DNA from: Gnetum montanum
Taxonomy: Eukaryota; Plantae; Gnetophyta
Length of the DNA stretch: 64,000 nt
Assembly: GCA_015680685.1 (NCBI GenBank)
Contig: MNCI01000472.1
Coordinates: forward strand, 236,531 to 300,530
Direction: 5' to 3'
The position numbers and the translations under genes were made by a program. The number at the start of each line of letters is the position of its first letter. Position 1 is the first letter of the stretch. The notes beneath the pieces were generated by a model. That model did no database searches, was not told the origin of the DNA, and worked only from the letters and a program-made list of their open reading frames with translations. Below, one piece after another: positions 24,513 through 37,690 of the stretch.

Positions 24513-26385
24513 TGAAACACCACTAACTTTGGGCTCCTGCAGTTCAACGGTAGATTTGTCTAAGTGTCAAAACTTAGGCAAAATTTTTCTAATTTTGGTG
24601 TTACACTCTACAATGTAGAAAGTGTAGCACACTTGAAGTCCTATTTTTTACAAAATTTTATTAAGTTTTCTTGTTACACTCCCTGGCATGGCCAACGTAG
24701 TAGACACTTCCATGGCTATTCTACACAAGTGTCAAGCCAGAAGTGGTCAAGGGTTGCTTGGGATGGACCAAACAGTTTGGAAAATTTTCTATCTCATAGA
24801 ATATCAAGCTCGCTACACTCTCTAGCATGCCTAGCTTGACACAAGTCCTAGTTGCCAGTTCACCCAAGTACCAGGCTAGAGTCTATCAAAAGTGCTTAGG
24901 ATGGAAAAAATAGTTTGGTGAATTTTCTCTCTCAAGTTGTCATGCTCTGCTACGCTACACAGCATAGCAAGATTGACACAAATTTCAGGATCCAATTTTG
25001 CCTAAGTGTTGGACAAGGATTTGTCAAGCTATCTTGACATAAAAGATGCATTTGACACATTTTCTACCTTTTGAGGTTTCCTGTCTTGTTACACCCTAGA
25101 GTTTGGTCAGTGTGCCATGAAGAAACATTGAAAATTTCATTAAAATTGATCAAAGTATTTATGCTATGCTATGCTATGTTATGCAATGTAACCAGCATGA
25201 TAGGTGTGGCAAGCCAAAATTTACAAAATTTCACTAAGTGTTCTTGCTACGCTCTGCTACATTATGAAACATAGCTAGCTTGACATACGAAGAATGCTTC
25301 CAATAGCCTCCAAAAGCCTCCAGACCTTAGCATCAACCTTCATCTTAGCTCTGACATCCCTTCGATGACCAAGATCAATAGTTTTCATTTCTTTTGCACC
25401 CCCATTGATCCCCGAAATTGTCCCTATGCTTGATCCTACTCGAAAGAGGGGGAAGATGTAGTCCCAGAGTGTAGTCTCCAAGTTGCATTGTTTTGAAACT
25501 ATTTGTAGGTATGTGGCAGTCTCTCAAACTTTGGCACATGTATTTCAAGTAGTGTTATCATAGTTCAGTAGTCTTTGGGTACTCTTTCTTGTCCTACAGA
25601 GTGTAAGACTTTGCTACAAAGAGCATAACATGTTAGCATGACCCATCTATGCTTGTGCCACGTGGCGTCCAATCCACGTTTCATGCCAAACCTAGCCCAT
25701 AAATACCCTAATGTTTAGCACTTTAGGGGTTGGAAAATCATAAGAGCACTAAGTATTCAAGCATTCCAAGTGCCTCTGTCACTCCTGCACCTAAGCACCC
25801 TAGCTTCACACCTTGGCAAGTACTATGACATAGTCTTCCATTGCACCCACACAGTGTGACAACAACCAACCCAATAGGTTCAGCCTCCCTTATAGCTACT
25901 AGCACAACATCCCCAACATTCTAGAGGCTATGACTGCACTACTACACTACCACTATTCTTGTTCGATGTCACATACCAATTTCATTTCTTGTTCAAGAAA
26001 AAGTTACACTCCCAAGTTCTGGGGTAGTGCATTTCTCTACTCCCAAAATTTTGCTCCATTTTCTTTCTCAACATTTGTTTCAAATTTTTAGCATAGCTCT
26101 TTCATTTCTCTGCTATCAATACACATTTTCACGTTTATGTTACTATGTTTGGACCAAGACTCTCTGCTACGCTCTTGCTTGTTTTCTTAGCCCCAACGCA
26201 TAATGCTCCATAAACTCCTTTACAAATAGTTATTTTTACACAATGTAACTCCTTGTCTAATCGACCAAACTATTTAGGGCACCTCATTTCTATTTTTCTA
26301 GCATGGCCCTTGCATGAATTCAGGATTAGGTTGTACACCCATGGACCTCTCAGTGTTCTAGCCATTGACATTTTTGGACATCACA
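24513..26385 (+). repeat. Element B 3' LTR
   Basis: TGAAACACC...ATCACA; 7 mismatches to the 5' LTR in the first 60 nt, 6 of them transitions. Confidence 0.95.
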
Positions 26386-26390
26386 AGGAG

Positions 26391-27930
26391 AAAGAGCTAA
26401 TGGTCGTGGGGTATACTTTGGAGAAGTTTAGGCACTATGTTCTTGGATCTAAGATGTTTGTGCACATTGAGCACAGTGTCATTCTCTTCTTAATGAATAA
26501 AACAAGGGTAAGCCCTCATATCATATAGTGACTAGTGATCTTGTAAGAGTTTGATCTCACAATTGTAGATCAAAAGGGGACTAAGAATGTGGTCATTAAT
26601 CACTTGTCTCTATTACAATGGGATAAAAAAGAGGATGAGAGCCCATTCTCTGATTAATTTCTTAATGAATTTCTATTTTCTAGTGCAATAAATAAACAAA
26701 TGCTCATTGAACCAAAATGGTACGATGGCATCCTCACTTATCTTCTCATTCAAGAGATGCCAAAAGAGTTAGATCACTAGAAGAAACAACAATTTTTTCA
26801 TCAGGTCAAATGCTTCATGGAGATTAATGGACATCTTTACAAGGTGTGCATTGATGGCCTAGTTCATTGGTGTGTTCCTAATGCTAACCAACTACATGTT
26901 CTCTACGATGCTCATGAGGGTCCTTGTGGGAGCCACTATGTAGGAGGACACATAACTATTAAAATCATGATGGTAGGGTACTATTGGCCAAAAATATTTA
27001 GGAATGTCCACCAATTTGTCTGCTCTGACTGCTTGAATGGAGGAACCTTAGTAGTGGATCTAACCATTGGAACCCTTCGAAATCTAGGGCATAAACTTCA
27101 TGGATCCTATAACACCTATGTCAAATGGAAAGGAATACATAGTAGTCACTGTTGACTATTGTAAAATGGATAGAAGTAATAGCCGTCGTTGACTATACAT
27201 CATCCATTGCTGCATTGTTTGTACAAAAAAATGTTGTAAATAGGTTTGGAGTGCCATATGCATTGATTTATAGTAATGGTACTTATTTTACAACTGCTAC
27301 TTTTTGAAAGCTCATGCAATGCTTGGGGGTTGAACATAAATTAATAACACCCTATCACCCCCAAGCCAATGGTCAAGCAAAGGTTACCAATAGGGAGATC
27401 ACAAAAATCTTAATGAGAATAATTAGCAAATATAGGAGAGACTAGAGCACAAAACTTAATAATGTCCTTTAGGCATATTGCTCAACATGGAAACTCCATA
27501 TAGGCTACTCTCCCTATGTACTGGTGTATGGAAAATTACCAACTCTACCAATTCAATATGAGCTCCGTACACTTTGAATAGCTTATGACCTTGAACATGA
27601 CCTGAGCCTAGCACAAAAAGAGAGATTGATAAACCTTAATGTGCTAGATGAGAATTGATTAGTGGTCCTATTCTTGAATGAAGTTTACAAAGCATTCAAT
27701 AAACAATGCCATGATATTAGAATAAGGAAAGTGAAATTTCAACCTAGAGATAAGGTTCTATACTAGAACCCCACACACATACCTCAACAAATTAATTTCT
27801 AGATGTTGTGGGAAGGGCCTTACCTCATTTATGAAACCTTTCTTTTTCAGGCCATGTTAATTTATAAACTTGAGAACCCATAAAAGAAATAGCTAGTCAA
27901 CATGCAATAAGTCAAATCTTTTAATGAGCC
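26391..27930 (+). pseudogene. pol: Element A second half of RNase H and integrase
   Basis: KELMVVGYTLEKFRHYVLG, HEGPCGSH...GYYWP, RFGVP, TPYHPQANGQAKVTNREI, WEGPY. Confidence 0.95.
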
Positions 27931-29188
27931 CATGTAAGCTAATGCAATCAACACCTCATTGGATGGACAGCCATGCTCAATCTTTCAAATCTTCTTCTTT
28001 CAACTTAGTTGTGGAAGAGATGGCCATCCATGCTAACTATGTGAATGGCTCCTTAATTTTTCTACATTTTTTACACTTTGGTATTTTTCCAAATTTTTGT
28101 TTTACAACATCATTATTATGTTTTATTTTTCTTGAATAATTTTACAATTTCTTATATACTTGATTTTATTTTGGTATGAATTTTTCTTGTTTTTTAATAA
28201 AAATGTTTTATTACCAACAAGACTCAATGATGATGTGGTTGGTTACTAATGGTGGTTTGTACCTAATGTTGTTGATTGCTAATGTCTAGTTTCTATTTTT
28301 GAATTTTGATGACCAATAACTATGACATGTTTCTTTTTCATGGAATAGGTAGTGAGTTCATGTTATCCACCAACCCACCTACTTTATGGTTTTCCTGGTT
28401 TTGAAAATATGAGGTTCTTTTTTCATTAATAAAACTTTAAAAAACTTGTGACCTTGGTAGTTTCCAAACTTGGGAGATATTCAAAGATTTGAAAAGTATG
28501 TGACTTCAAGGGGATTCAATACTATTTATGCCTCTCTACTTGCTTGAGTGCATGTGTGTTTTTGTGGATTTCTTACTGTTCCATGTTGACTAATAACAAG
28601 AAGTTCAATAAGTCTTTGCATGGTGTGGTTCCCATTCAAAAATTAATGAAAAACATAGAATGTTTATAAAAAACATGATGGGAATTCAAAGCACACCCCT
28701 TAGACAAAATAAATATGCTACAAGCATTGGTTATGGATCTAGGAAGAAATGTTACCCATGCCTAAAGGTCCCCTCTAACTAAGGTTCTTTCTCATTTCTT
28801 GCATCTCTTTTCTTCACAAATAAAGAATGGTGATTGTCTGTGATAGCATTCTTGTATCTTGAAGGGATGGACTGATCCTAGAGTGGCTATGTGAAGTCAC
28901 TGAAAGTGGTTGATTTTAGTCTAGACTAAGGTTGGACTTTATCAGGTCATTTAACCATGAAACTCATAAGGTACTTCATGTGACCATAATTAGGACATCC
29001 ATTTCATTCTCTATTTCACCCATCAATGCTCTCCATAACTCACCTCATTGTTGGTTTTTAGGTTTTTGTTTAATGTCTTAGTTTGACATGTTGAAATTCT
29101 TAGGTAGATTCTTTAGGTTTCAGTCCTTAGCTTTTCATAATCATTAATCAACTATGGGGTCCACGGAATCCTTAGCTAAGGTTATGCA

Positions 29189-29223
29189 AGGGCAAAAAGG
29201 GCATAAGCTTGCTATGGGGAGGA
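29189..29223 (+). promoter_or_regulatory. Internal PPT-like tract of Athila-type element
   Basis: AGGGCAAAAAGGGCATAAGCTTGCTATGGGGAGG between integrase and ORF2, where Athila elements carry a second PPT. Confidence 0.45.
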
Positions 29224-30859
29224 CCCACTTGCATAGCTCTTGGTTGGGCTAGTTAAGTCCCTTATCCTTAGAAATTTTTGTAAGCAAATATTTTGTATTT
29301 CCCATTGGTTGCATCTAACTATGTGCTTCTTAAGGCATTCCTCCAATAATTATCCATCTTTTGTAAACTCTAAAATCCTCTTCATATATTTCATTGTGTT
29401 CATGGCTCTTTGGGCTTCCATTTAACTCCAATTTTATTCAAAAAATCCTTATATTTTTTAAATTTGGACTTGGTCAATGATGGTCAATAGCTACATCGAC
29501 TAGCCCAATCAACGTAGTTGACTGCATCAATTGGGCCCTATCGATGAGGCCTAGTCAACATAAGGGAAAATTTCTATAAATAGCATCCATCACTTCAAAA
29601 TTTTTTTCCGTTTTCTTCAAACATAAGGAGAGCTTTTGTAATTTTTCAGAGACTGAAACATTCTAGAGCTCATGACTTTCAAATCGTTTGTCTGATTCAC
29701 TTCGTTCTTTTATCGTGTAGCTTCTAAATATATGCTTTACATCATGGGAGCTACAAACCTTAGGTTTTTGATAGAAATTTTTTTAGAATTTTCCTAACTT
29801 CCCCATGGGTTTAATAAATAAAATAATATTAAATCACCAACCTATAAGAGTTAAACACTTCTAATGCACTTCGGTAACCTATCTAATTAGATAATAATAA
29901 AATAATATTAAAATGTAACTACCCCAAGAGCTAAAGTATTCCAAATGTTTTAAAGTTACACATTAAGTGCTAATATGTCATCATGTTGTGATTACAAATG
30001 GCACCTAGACCGAAATGCCTGTAGGAAGGAGGCCATCTTAGCCAAGTGACAAATGACCAAGAGCTGGAAGGGAGTAGCAAGAACAAGCCCAAGAGTAGGA
30101 AATAGAAATTGATGCAATGGGACCTCTTCGAGAGGAGCCCAAAGTGGAATCTTTCTGACAGATTGCTGAAGAAGTGACCATAATAGAATAATCCCATTGA
30201 GATAAGGTGTTAGGACTAGTGCCAAGACTTGTTGTCACATTAACTCAAGCCTACCTTGATTAGATCAAGCCTTGTGACCAATGTTTAGTTCTCCAAGAAT
30301 TGAACTTTGGACCATTCTTGGAGCATGATCCACTAGAAGTCAAGATGCAGTTGTAGAACTCTCCCATGTGGCCAATCATCACTTCTAGTGGAGAGTAGTG
30401 CATGAAAGAGACATATCTCTTTTGGAATAGTTGGTAGGTGGGAGCCACTATGAAGATCATTGACATTCAGTTATCCTACTTAGTGGAAGTTATTATGTAT
30501 GCCCTAGGGTTACTTGATATTGAAACAAACTTGGAAAAGATATCTACAAAAATAGACCTAGAGACAAAGAAGATGTGGACCCAGTGATGCTATGGAGTGG
30601 ACCACAAGAAGTATGGCACACTCACCCCAGCGGAGCATGTATATTTCAAGATAGTGGTTTATCACCTAAATCCAATGGTCAGGCCCAATAAGATGACTAC
30701 CTTCTCTAACCATGCATGTGCTGCTCTAAGTGGAAAATTCTCTATGAACCTTCCATAATTGATCTATTTAGATATAGAGAAGTGATTTAAGGAAAATAAA
30801 TGTGGAAAAAATGCCCTACCCTTTCCCTACCTCATCAATAAATTATGCAAAAGAAAAGG

Positions 30860-33410
30860 TGTTGGCGACCATTTGGGACGCGACCGCCAACGAGTGTCCT
30901 CGAACAGGATTTAGGTGCTTGCTGGTCTCTGGCAACACCAAGGCCCAGATACCTCCAAATAAACTTAGAAGTTAATGTGAGTATGTGTGTGTGCTGTTGC
31001 GGCGTGCGGTTGTGTGAAATGTAACGATTGCGTTGTGGGTAAACTACAAATGACTTACTTTAAAGAGATTCAGCCAACTTTACCAAGTACTGTGAGTTGT
31101 TGAGAGTTTCTATTTTTTTCAATTGCCTAGTCTACGTGGTCCTTATAATACCTACTTGTAACAAATAAAATTTTGTAAAAACATTTGAGCACAACTCTGC
31201 NNNNNNNNNNNNNNNNNNNNNNNNNNNNNNNNNNNNNNNNNNNNNNNNNNNNNNNNNNNNNNNNNNNNNNNNNNNNNNNNNNNNNNNNNNNNNNNNNNNN
31301 NNNNNNNNNNNNNNNNNNNNNNNNNNNNNNNNNNNNNNNNNNNNNNNNNNNNNNNNNNNNNNNNNNNNNNNNNNNNNNNNNNNNNNNNNNNNNNNNNNNN
31401 NNNNNNNNNNNNNNNNNNNNNNNNNNNNNNNNNNNNNNNNNNNNNNNNNNNNNNNNNNNNNNNNNNNNNNNNNNNNNNNNNNNNNNNNNNNNNNNNNNNN
31501 NNNNNNNNNNNNNNNNNNNNNNNNNNNNNNNNNNNNNNNNNNNNNNNNNNNNNNNNNNNNNNNNNNNNNNNNNNNNNNNNNNNNNNNNNNNNNNNNNNNN
31601 NNNNNNNNNNNNNNNNNNNNNNNNNNNNNNNNNNNNNNNNNNNNNNNNNNNNNNNNNNNNNNNNNNNNNNNNNNNNNNNNNNNNNNNNNNNNNNNNNNNN
31701 NNNNNNNNNNNNNNNNNNNNNNNNNNNNNNNNNNNNNNNNNNNNNNNNNNNNNNNNNNNNNNNNNNNNNNNNNNNNNNNNNNNNNNNNNNNNNNNNNNNN
31801 NNNNNNNNNNNNNNNNNNNNNNNNNNNNNNNNNNNNNNNNNNNNNNNNNNNNNNNNNNNNNNNNNNNNNNNNNNNNNNNNNNNNNNNNNNNNNNNNNNNN
31901 NNNNNNNNNNNNNNNNNNNNNNNNNNNNTAAATATTTTAACATCAATATTGCAAATATTTTATGAGTAGTAACTTATATATATATATAATAATGTTTTAA
32001 AAAAATAATATTTTAAGACTTGGGATCATTAAAGGCAAGTTTTTTAAACTAGGGCTTCACACTATAGGTACTTCATTAATGGTTATTATATCTATATATA
32101 TGTATATATGTTGATTAATTTGTTAGATATTTTAACCACCCGATGCTTTTGTAAAGTTATAAACGAGTGATAGTAATAAGATAATTTTACATACATCTTG
32201 GTGTAAATGTGAGTGAAAGCAGCAGAGTTAATGGCTAAAAATAATTCTTCTTGGTCTTCCCTGGTAAATCGTGTAGATAATCAGCAATAGTTCCAGAACT
32301 GCAGGCGTAATCGGCTGGTTCGTTTTCTCCTTTCTCTTATCTCTGCACAAAACCTGTAAGAACCGACACATGTTCTAACCAAGATCCAAAGTGTTGTTTC
32401 AACCAAAACTGTATGTTTGAACTGCCACCGCACAATAAGGCCCTGCAAAATTGTAACCAACTGACACCGCGGGAGAAGGCTCTACCGCTGCATCTAGCAT
32501 CGTTGTCGTGTGGTGTGGTGTTCAGTTGCTGGAGGAGGACCTTTCTTGAAAAATGATGTGCTAAACATATGGTTCTAAACAGAGGGTTTTTGGTTGCCTC
32601 AGATTTTTGTTTTGCCCCAAATTGGCTTAGGGCTTCCTGCATTTTTTTTTAATTTTTTCTGAATCGTCACCACCATTGTCATTGATTGCAGAACCAGGGG
32701 CGAATGTATTGTGGATTTGCATCCAGTGAAACCGCAGGAACCTTCAGAACCATTGTAGCCCGCACAACTAAAACCGCTACGGCCTGCAAAGCTTAAAATA
32801 AAATCGGGGTTTCAACAAAGCGTGACTCCTTTCTCCGTATATTGTGTGGAAGAGGGTTTTGATTTTTTTTTAAAATATCCCCGTGTTTATGGCAAAGATG
32901 TTTCATGGCCTAGGGACTTGGTTATGCCCATCTTGATGGCAGTTTTCGCAGTGCCCGTCTACGCCAGGATGAATGTCGCGCGGCTGGCGGTTTTGAACAT
33001 TTACTGCGGCATGATTTTCCAGAAACACCGTGATTTTCCTTCGCCTTCGCCTACAACTGCACCTCCACTGATATTATCTTTATTTGTATGGTGTTTGCTT
33101 CCCCACCATTGCTGCGATCAACAAGTATACGGTGTTAGGACGTTGGTCCAACTGTAGTCTCCTTTTCCTCCACTCTCATCACTGTATAATCTTTAGGACG
33201 ACGGAGGCACTACTGATTTTTTGTTTTATTTTTTGATTTGCAAGGAGTTTCAAACGTTGTCTTAAGGCCAAAGGATACAACCGAGCTTAACAATCGGGAT
33301 CTTCAACTTGGGATCTTTCCAAAAATTTTAGAGCACGTTCTTCACCAGTGCTTTTCTCGTAAATAATATAATTCCTTCCTTTCTATAGTACTATCTTCCA
33401 ATCTTTAATA
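30860..33410 (-). mobile_element. D1: LTR-bounded insertion (solo LTR or gap-collapsed element), CpG-rich
   Basis: Begins TGTTGGCGACCATTTGGGAC (shared with 38778), ends TTAATA, AAGG on both flanks, spans the N gap. Strand inferred from D2. Confidence 0.6.
31201..31928. other. Assembly gap (N run)
   Basis: Run of N. Confidence 1.
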
Positions 33411-35500
33411 AAGGAATAATCTAGCACTTTCATTTTGTATCCAGAAGGCTTCAACATCAAATTATTTACTAGTGGATTAATCCTCCAAAAACATCCATCA
33501 ACCCTCAACACTAAAGCTGTAATTTACTTCTAAATTTACAACCATAGATTCTTCCAATTTTTAATAAAATATTCCAACTGTTCCATGGAATGGCCAAATG
33601 TGCCAACAAAAGGAATAGTTTGTTGTGCTAATGATACACTCTGGCATACTCCTTCTACCTCTTGGGCATAAATGATAAAGGACATGATCCTTCCCACAAC
33701 CAAGGAAGAGGAACAACAATCACCACCTCCATCACCCACTCATGAAATAATGTTAGAGTCCCGTGCTACCCTTGAATGAATGCACAAAATCTGAGAGAAA
33801 ATCTTGCATGAGTAGGATCAGCAAGCAAAAACATGTGGTGGTGATCCATCTATGTATCTCCTTGAAATGAGTCACCTCAATGAAGTGGCTTGAATCATCA
33901 ACCAAATGGATGGAGGTGGGTCAATATTTTTAGCACAAAGAATGTAGTTGCCCATGAGATTGAATCCTAGTGCTTGAGAGTTAATGGTGTCTCTCTCATA
34001 ATAACAGCGATTCCCAGACATCTCTAGGAATACCACTACTTTCTTGGTGCATTTCAAGGAGGGTGAGAGAGTAAGTATCTTGATGATGTAGCACCATGGA
34101 TAGGAGATAGTAGCAGAGGTGGTTGCTAATAGAATTGCCAAGGCATTAAACACACCTATGGTGTCTATACTAGACATGTCTACACTCTGATGTGTGTAGA
34201 CATCTATAGGATTAGTTCATAGCTAATTAAGTGTAACCAAACACTAATAGTTGTTAGACTAACTAGTAGGAACTAGGCAACTAATTTTGGAGGTCTTCAA
34301 CCTTTTAGATTCAATCACTACAACATAGTCAAAGCTAATGGAATCAAGGGGGAAATGCATTATCATAAAGGGAAAAATCAAAATAGCCTAGACTCAAAAC
34401 CAATGTCTAGCTACAGAGGTTGCTGAATTAAGAGTCTGCCCTTGTTGTTCCTGCGCTTCTCAGCCCTATGTTGACCCATGATGAAGCTTTTCAACAACTT
34501 TAGGAAAAGCTTAAGAAGGCTGAGGATGTAAAGGAGATGATAATTTTTGATCAATCCTTGGATGATGCTACCATGCACAATATCCAAAAGGCCTTGGATC
34601 AGACTTGCTAGGAGAATGTCGCCCCAACCGTAGAGAATCACCACCTACGAAATGTTGATGTGCAAAAGTAACAAATATAAGATTTCATCCATCAATAGCA
34701 AGACTAGCTAGCTAGAGTGAATACAAAATTGAGGAGATTAATAGCCAAAAATATAAATTTCTACATGAAGTCTAAGCCCTTCACCAGAAATCTAGAATAG
34801 AGGTAGCCACCTAGAAAAATGAGGCTCTCAAATTTAAGTGAGTCAAAAGCCACCACAAAGATTAGGTTCATCTACAGAAAAAAATCAATGAAAAACATAT
34901 TTAGATGGAAAAGGAAAAAGTTAATGAGACCCTATATTAGCTCAAGAAAGGAGGAGATGTCTAGCAACCTATCTTTGATGGGCTCAATGACTACAACAAG
35001 GAAAATATCTGCATGAAAGAGATATAGATTGAAGAGATGATAGAGTACATGGAGCTTGCTAATCTTTGTTATGTGAATCTAGTGATGCTGACTACCAGAT
35101 AGTCATGGTATGAATTAGAGAAATAGGTGATCAATTTGTACTTGTTGTATGAAGCTGACTTCAAGTATCACAAAGACACCAAGCATAATCTTGAGGTAGC
35201 AAATGTAGAACTCGATGTTCTCAGGCAACACTTCACTGATGAATCATCTATAGCTGAGAACTTGGCTAGAAGACTAAGTGACTATTAGAAGTTGTAGAGT
35301 GTAGTAAAGGCATTTGATGTTGAAAAAAAACTTTTCGTTGCTTGGTTTGTCAATGTGAAGGAGCTATTCTTATCAATGCCCTATCGTTGGGATGTTCCCA
35401 CATTGGTCCACATTCATGATGCGTTCTAGATGAGTAAGGAGGAGAAGTTGAAGGCATTGTTGGATGCCTTTTGTCTTCCACTAGAGGTTACAGTAGTTGT

Positions 35501-36114
35501 TGTACCTTGAGCATGGTAGTGTGTGTGTGGCAATAAAGACGAGCTTTCTAATAAACCTTGTAGCACTTTGAAATAGATTAATTGTTTATTTCTGCATTTA
35601 ATGTTTTATGAAAATTCCTTTAATGTTTTAAGTAATTAAGCTAAATTAAGCTATATTAAATAGTGATTAATTAAGCACATAAGTATGACCTCTTTGAGCA
35701 TACACTTGGTGCTTAGTATCCTAGTAATGCTTAATGTTTGGTAACCTGGTAGCGTTAAACGTGTTTAGGATGTGTATGGTGAGTGGGAATAGATGCTTAT
35801 GTTAGGATTAGTTAAGTGTAGCTAGTTAGATTAAATTATCAATTTAATTATTTTATTTTATTCATTATTCTTTATCCTTAGGCAACTTAAAACATAAAAC
35901 ATAAAAAATGATACAAATCATATGCCTCAGTTGCACTTAACCATACCTTTTTATTTTAGAAGTGTAATTGGGAAGGCAATGATTGCAACAATTAGTTTTA
36001 CTTCTGAAAGACTAGTGTGCTTAGAAGGCTATAAGTCCATGGAATTTGATCAAATCACATGTGAATGCTTAGTGATTCGTATGGTTGGGCATAGGGTCTA
36101 CTCGCTATTCATCA
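35501..36114 (+). repeat. Element A 3' LTR, 5'-truncated
   Basis: Matches 1888-2508 only; no PPT or TATA part in front of it. Confidence 0.8.
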
Positions 36115-36459
36115 ATTGGCATAGTTAAAATGACTCCTAGAGATCCCAAAAATTAGCTATGGAATCCATATCGAGCGTTGTTTAAAATACCTTAAAAATT
36201 TAATTTTGGAATAAATATTAAGATTGTATACAAGTCTTAACAACCAACTAGTGGTTTTCACCTAATGTCAACTCTCTAAATCCAATTCCACTAAAGGTTT
36301 TGATTAATTAGGTGGGGGAAACTTGTTTCCAACAATTCTAACTCCTTTAAGAAACTATCTAACCATCTATCATCCTAATAAAAAGGAGTCATAGATGTAG
36401 TTATCTTGCTGTATCTCCTTTTTCTACTCATATTTGGAATCCAAAGAGCACATTGGTGA

Positions 36460-37690
36460 TTCATGGAGGTCCATGTCAATGATCAAATGAATGACTTTGA
36501 GCAACAAATCAAGGAGATCAAGGGCACTTTGCAAAAGGTCTATGATGAAAATCAAAGGTTATAAAAGTATATGCAATATATGTTAGAGGAGATTAATAAT
36601 TTTTTTAATAATTATGAAGGTAAATGATCTAAGATTTAAGAAAATATGGACTCTTTTAAAAATTTCATCAAAAAATTGATAAAACATTTTTCTCAATTCC
36701 ATAGCCAAAACCAACACTAAACCCAAGACCATCATCAAGACCAATCCCCACCAATTAGGCATGAAGTGAATGAGAACCTATTTCAAAGGATAAGATCTAT
36801 ATGAAAGAAAGAAAACTATTGACATTAGCCAATCCTACTTAGAGAATCATTGATCCAAGTCCATGCTAAAAGGATAAAACTAGATTGCTATGATGAAGCC
36901 CCAAGATCCAATGCTAAAGCAAAAAATTGGCTTAATACCATAAGGAACTACATCAATATGTTGAACCTGTTGAGCCAAGAATGCCTAGAAGTTATCCCTT
37001 TGTATTTAAGAGGACTCATTGCAATGTGGTGGAGTGTTCTGAAGGCTTAAGGATTGATCACAAATCGACATAGTTTTTGTTAAGATTTCAAACAAAAATT
37101 TTTACTATATTCCTTTCTTAAGAAGTGTTAGATGTGATTCAATTCATTGAGATTGGGTTGATGATCAGTAAGGAATAATTAAATTGATTTTTGTGACCTA
37201 TCAAGGTATGTAAGCCATCAAGATAAGAACGAGTTAGCCTTTAAATTCATCAATGATCTACTGGCCCAATTACACTTTCAAAAACATGCCCATAATTCAT
37301 AGATGATGGATGAAGCCTAAAAAATTATCAAAGATTATAAATACTCAAACTAGGTGAGAAATGCAACCTTATGACAAGCAACCATAGAAAAGACACCAAC
37401 TAAGAAACTTCAATCTAGTTGTTTCCATTACAATAAAAATCACTTTTAGTGGAACTATTTAAAACAATAAACCACACTTCAAAGAAATCTAATTAGAAAT
37501 TAGAAGTTCAATATCACTATGGCTAAGAAAAAAGACCAACTAGCTACTTAGTTTGTAGTGAAGAAAATTTCAACATCAACCAAGTTAGATTTATAGAAAT
37601 TTCAATTTTCCTTATTTTTGAAGGGGTAATTAAGGGTAAGGAGGCCAAATTTTTAATTGATAGTGTGGAAAATAGTTTGAGATGTTTATC
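36460..37690 (+). pseudogene. gag: G: remnant gag and protease start of another Ty3/Gypsy element
   Basis: IKLDCYDE..RSNAKAKNWLNTIRNY...LYLRG.IAMWW; decayed Zn knuckle CFH.NKNHF..N; GVIKGKEAKFLIDS. Confidence 0.65.

Larger units (their letters stand above)
7154..26385 (+). mobile_element. Element B: full-length Tat-clade (Ogre/Retand-type domain order) Ty3/Gypsy LTR retrotransposon, about 19.2 kb
   Basis: Paired ~1.87-kb LTRs, tRNA-Asn PBS, PPT, and gag-PR-[6-kb spacer]-RT-RH-aRH-INT. Removing B plus 5 bp restores host RH ...NCITRE|KELMVVGYTLEKFRHY. Confidence 0.95.
29998..35430 (+). pseudogene. Element A ORF2 (Athila env-like / plant transposon protein), interrupted by D1
   Basis: Starts ATGGCACCT (MAPRPK) after a decayed acceptor. 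Motif LPFPYLINKLCKRKG continues as GII after 33410. Later low-complexity and coiled-coil-like segments. End position approximate. Confidence 0.6.
1..36114 (+). mobile_element. Element A: decayed Athila-like Ty3/Gypsy LTR retrotransposon (host of B and D1); left boundary not determined
   Basis: LTR ends ...CTCATCA at 2508 and ...TTCATCA at 36114. Decayed tRNA-Asp PBS. Domain order gag-PR-RT-RH-INT with no aRH, then an env-like ORF2. The 5' LTR start is not identifiable and may lie anywhere from before position 1 to about 1600. Confidence 0.8.

Noticed and set aside
31152-31946. Long ORFs of X residues (also 58659-59465)
   Set aside because: Artefacts of the N gaps.
32337-33157. 101-aa and 111-aa ORFs in the GC-richer segment
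   Set aside because: No recognisable motifs; expected by chance in GC-richer LTR sequence.
33262-33274. Alternative D1 right end at GGCCA|AAGG (33270)
   Set aside because: CpG-retaining sequence continues to ~33360, and 33410 gives a terminus closer to the inverted repeat plus a plausible host ORF continuation.
36115-36130. TGGCATAGTT after the LTR end as a PBS, making this the 5' LTR of G
   Set aside because: No tRNA match recognised. The same LTR at 2508 uses an Asp PBS, and G's gag is of a different type. Not fully excluded.
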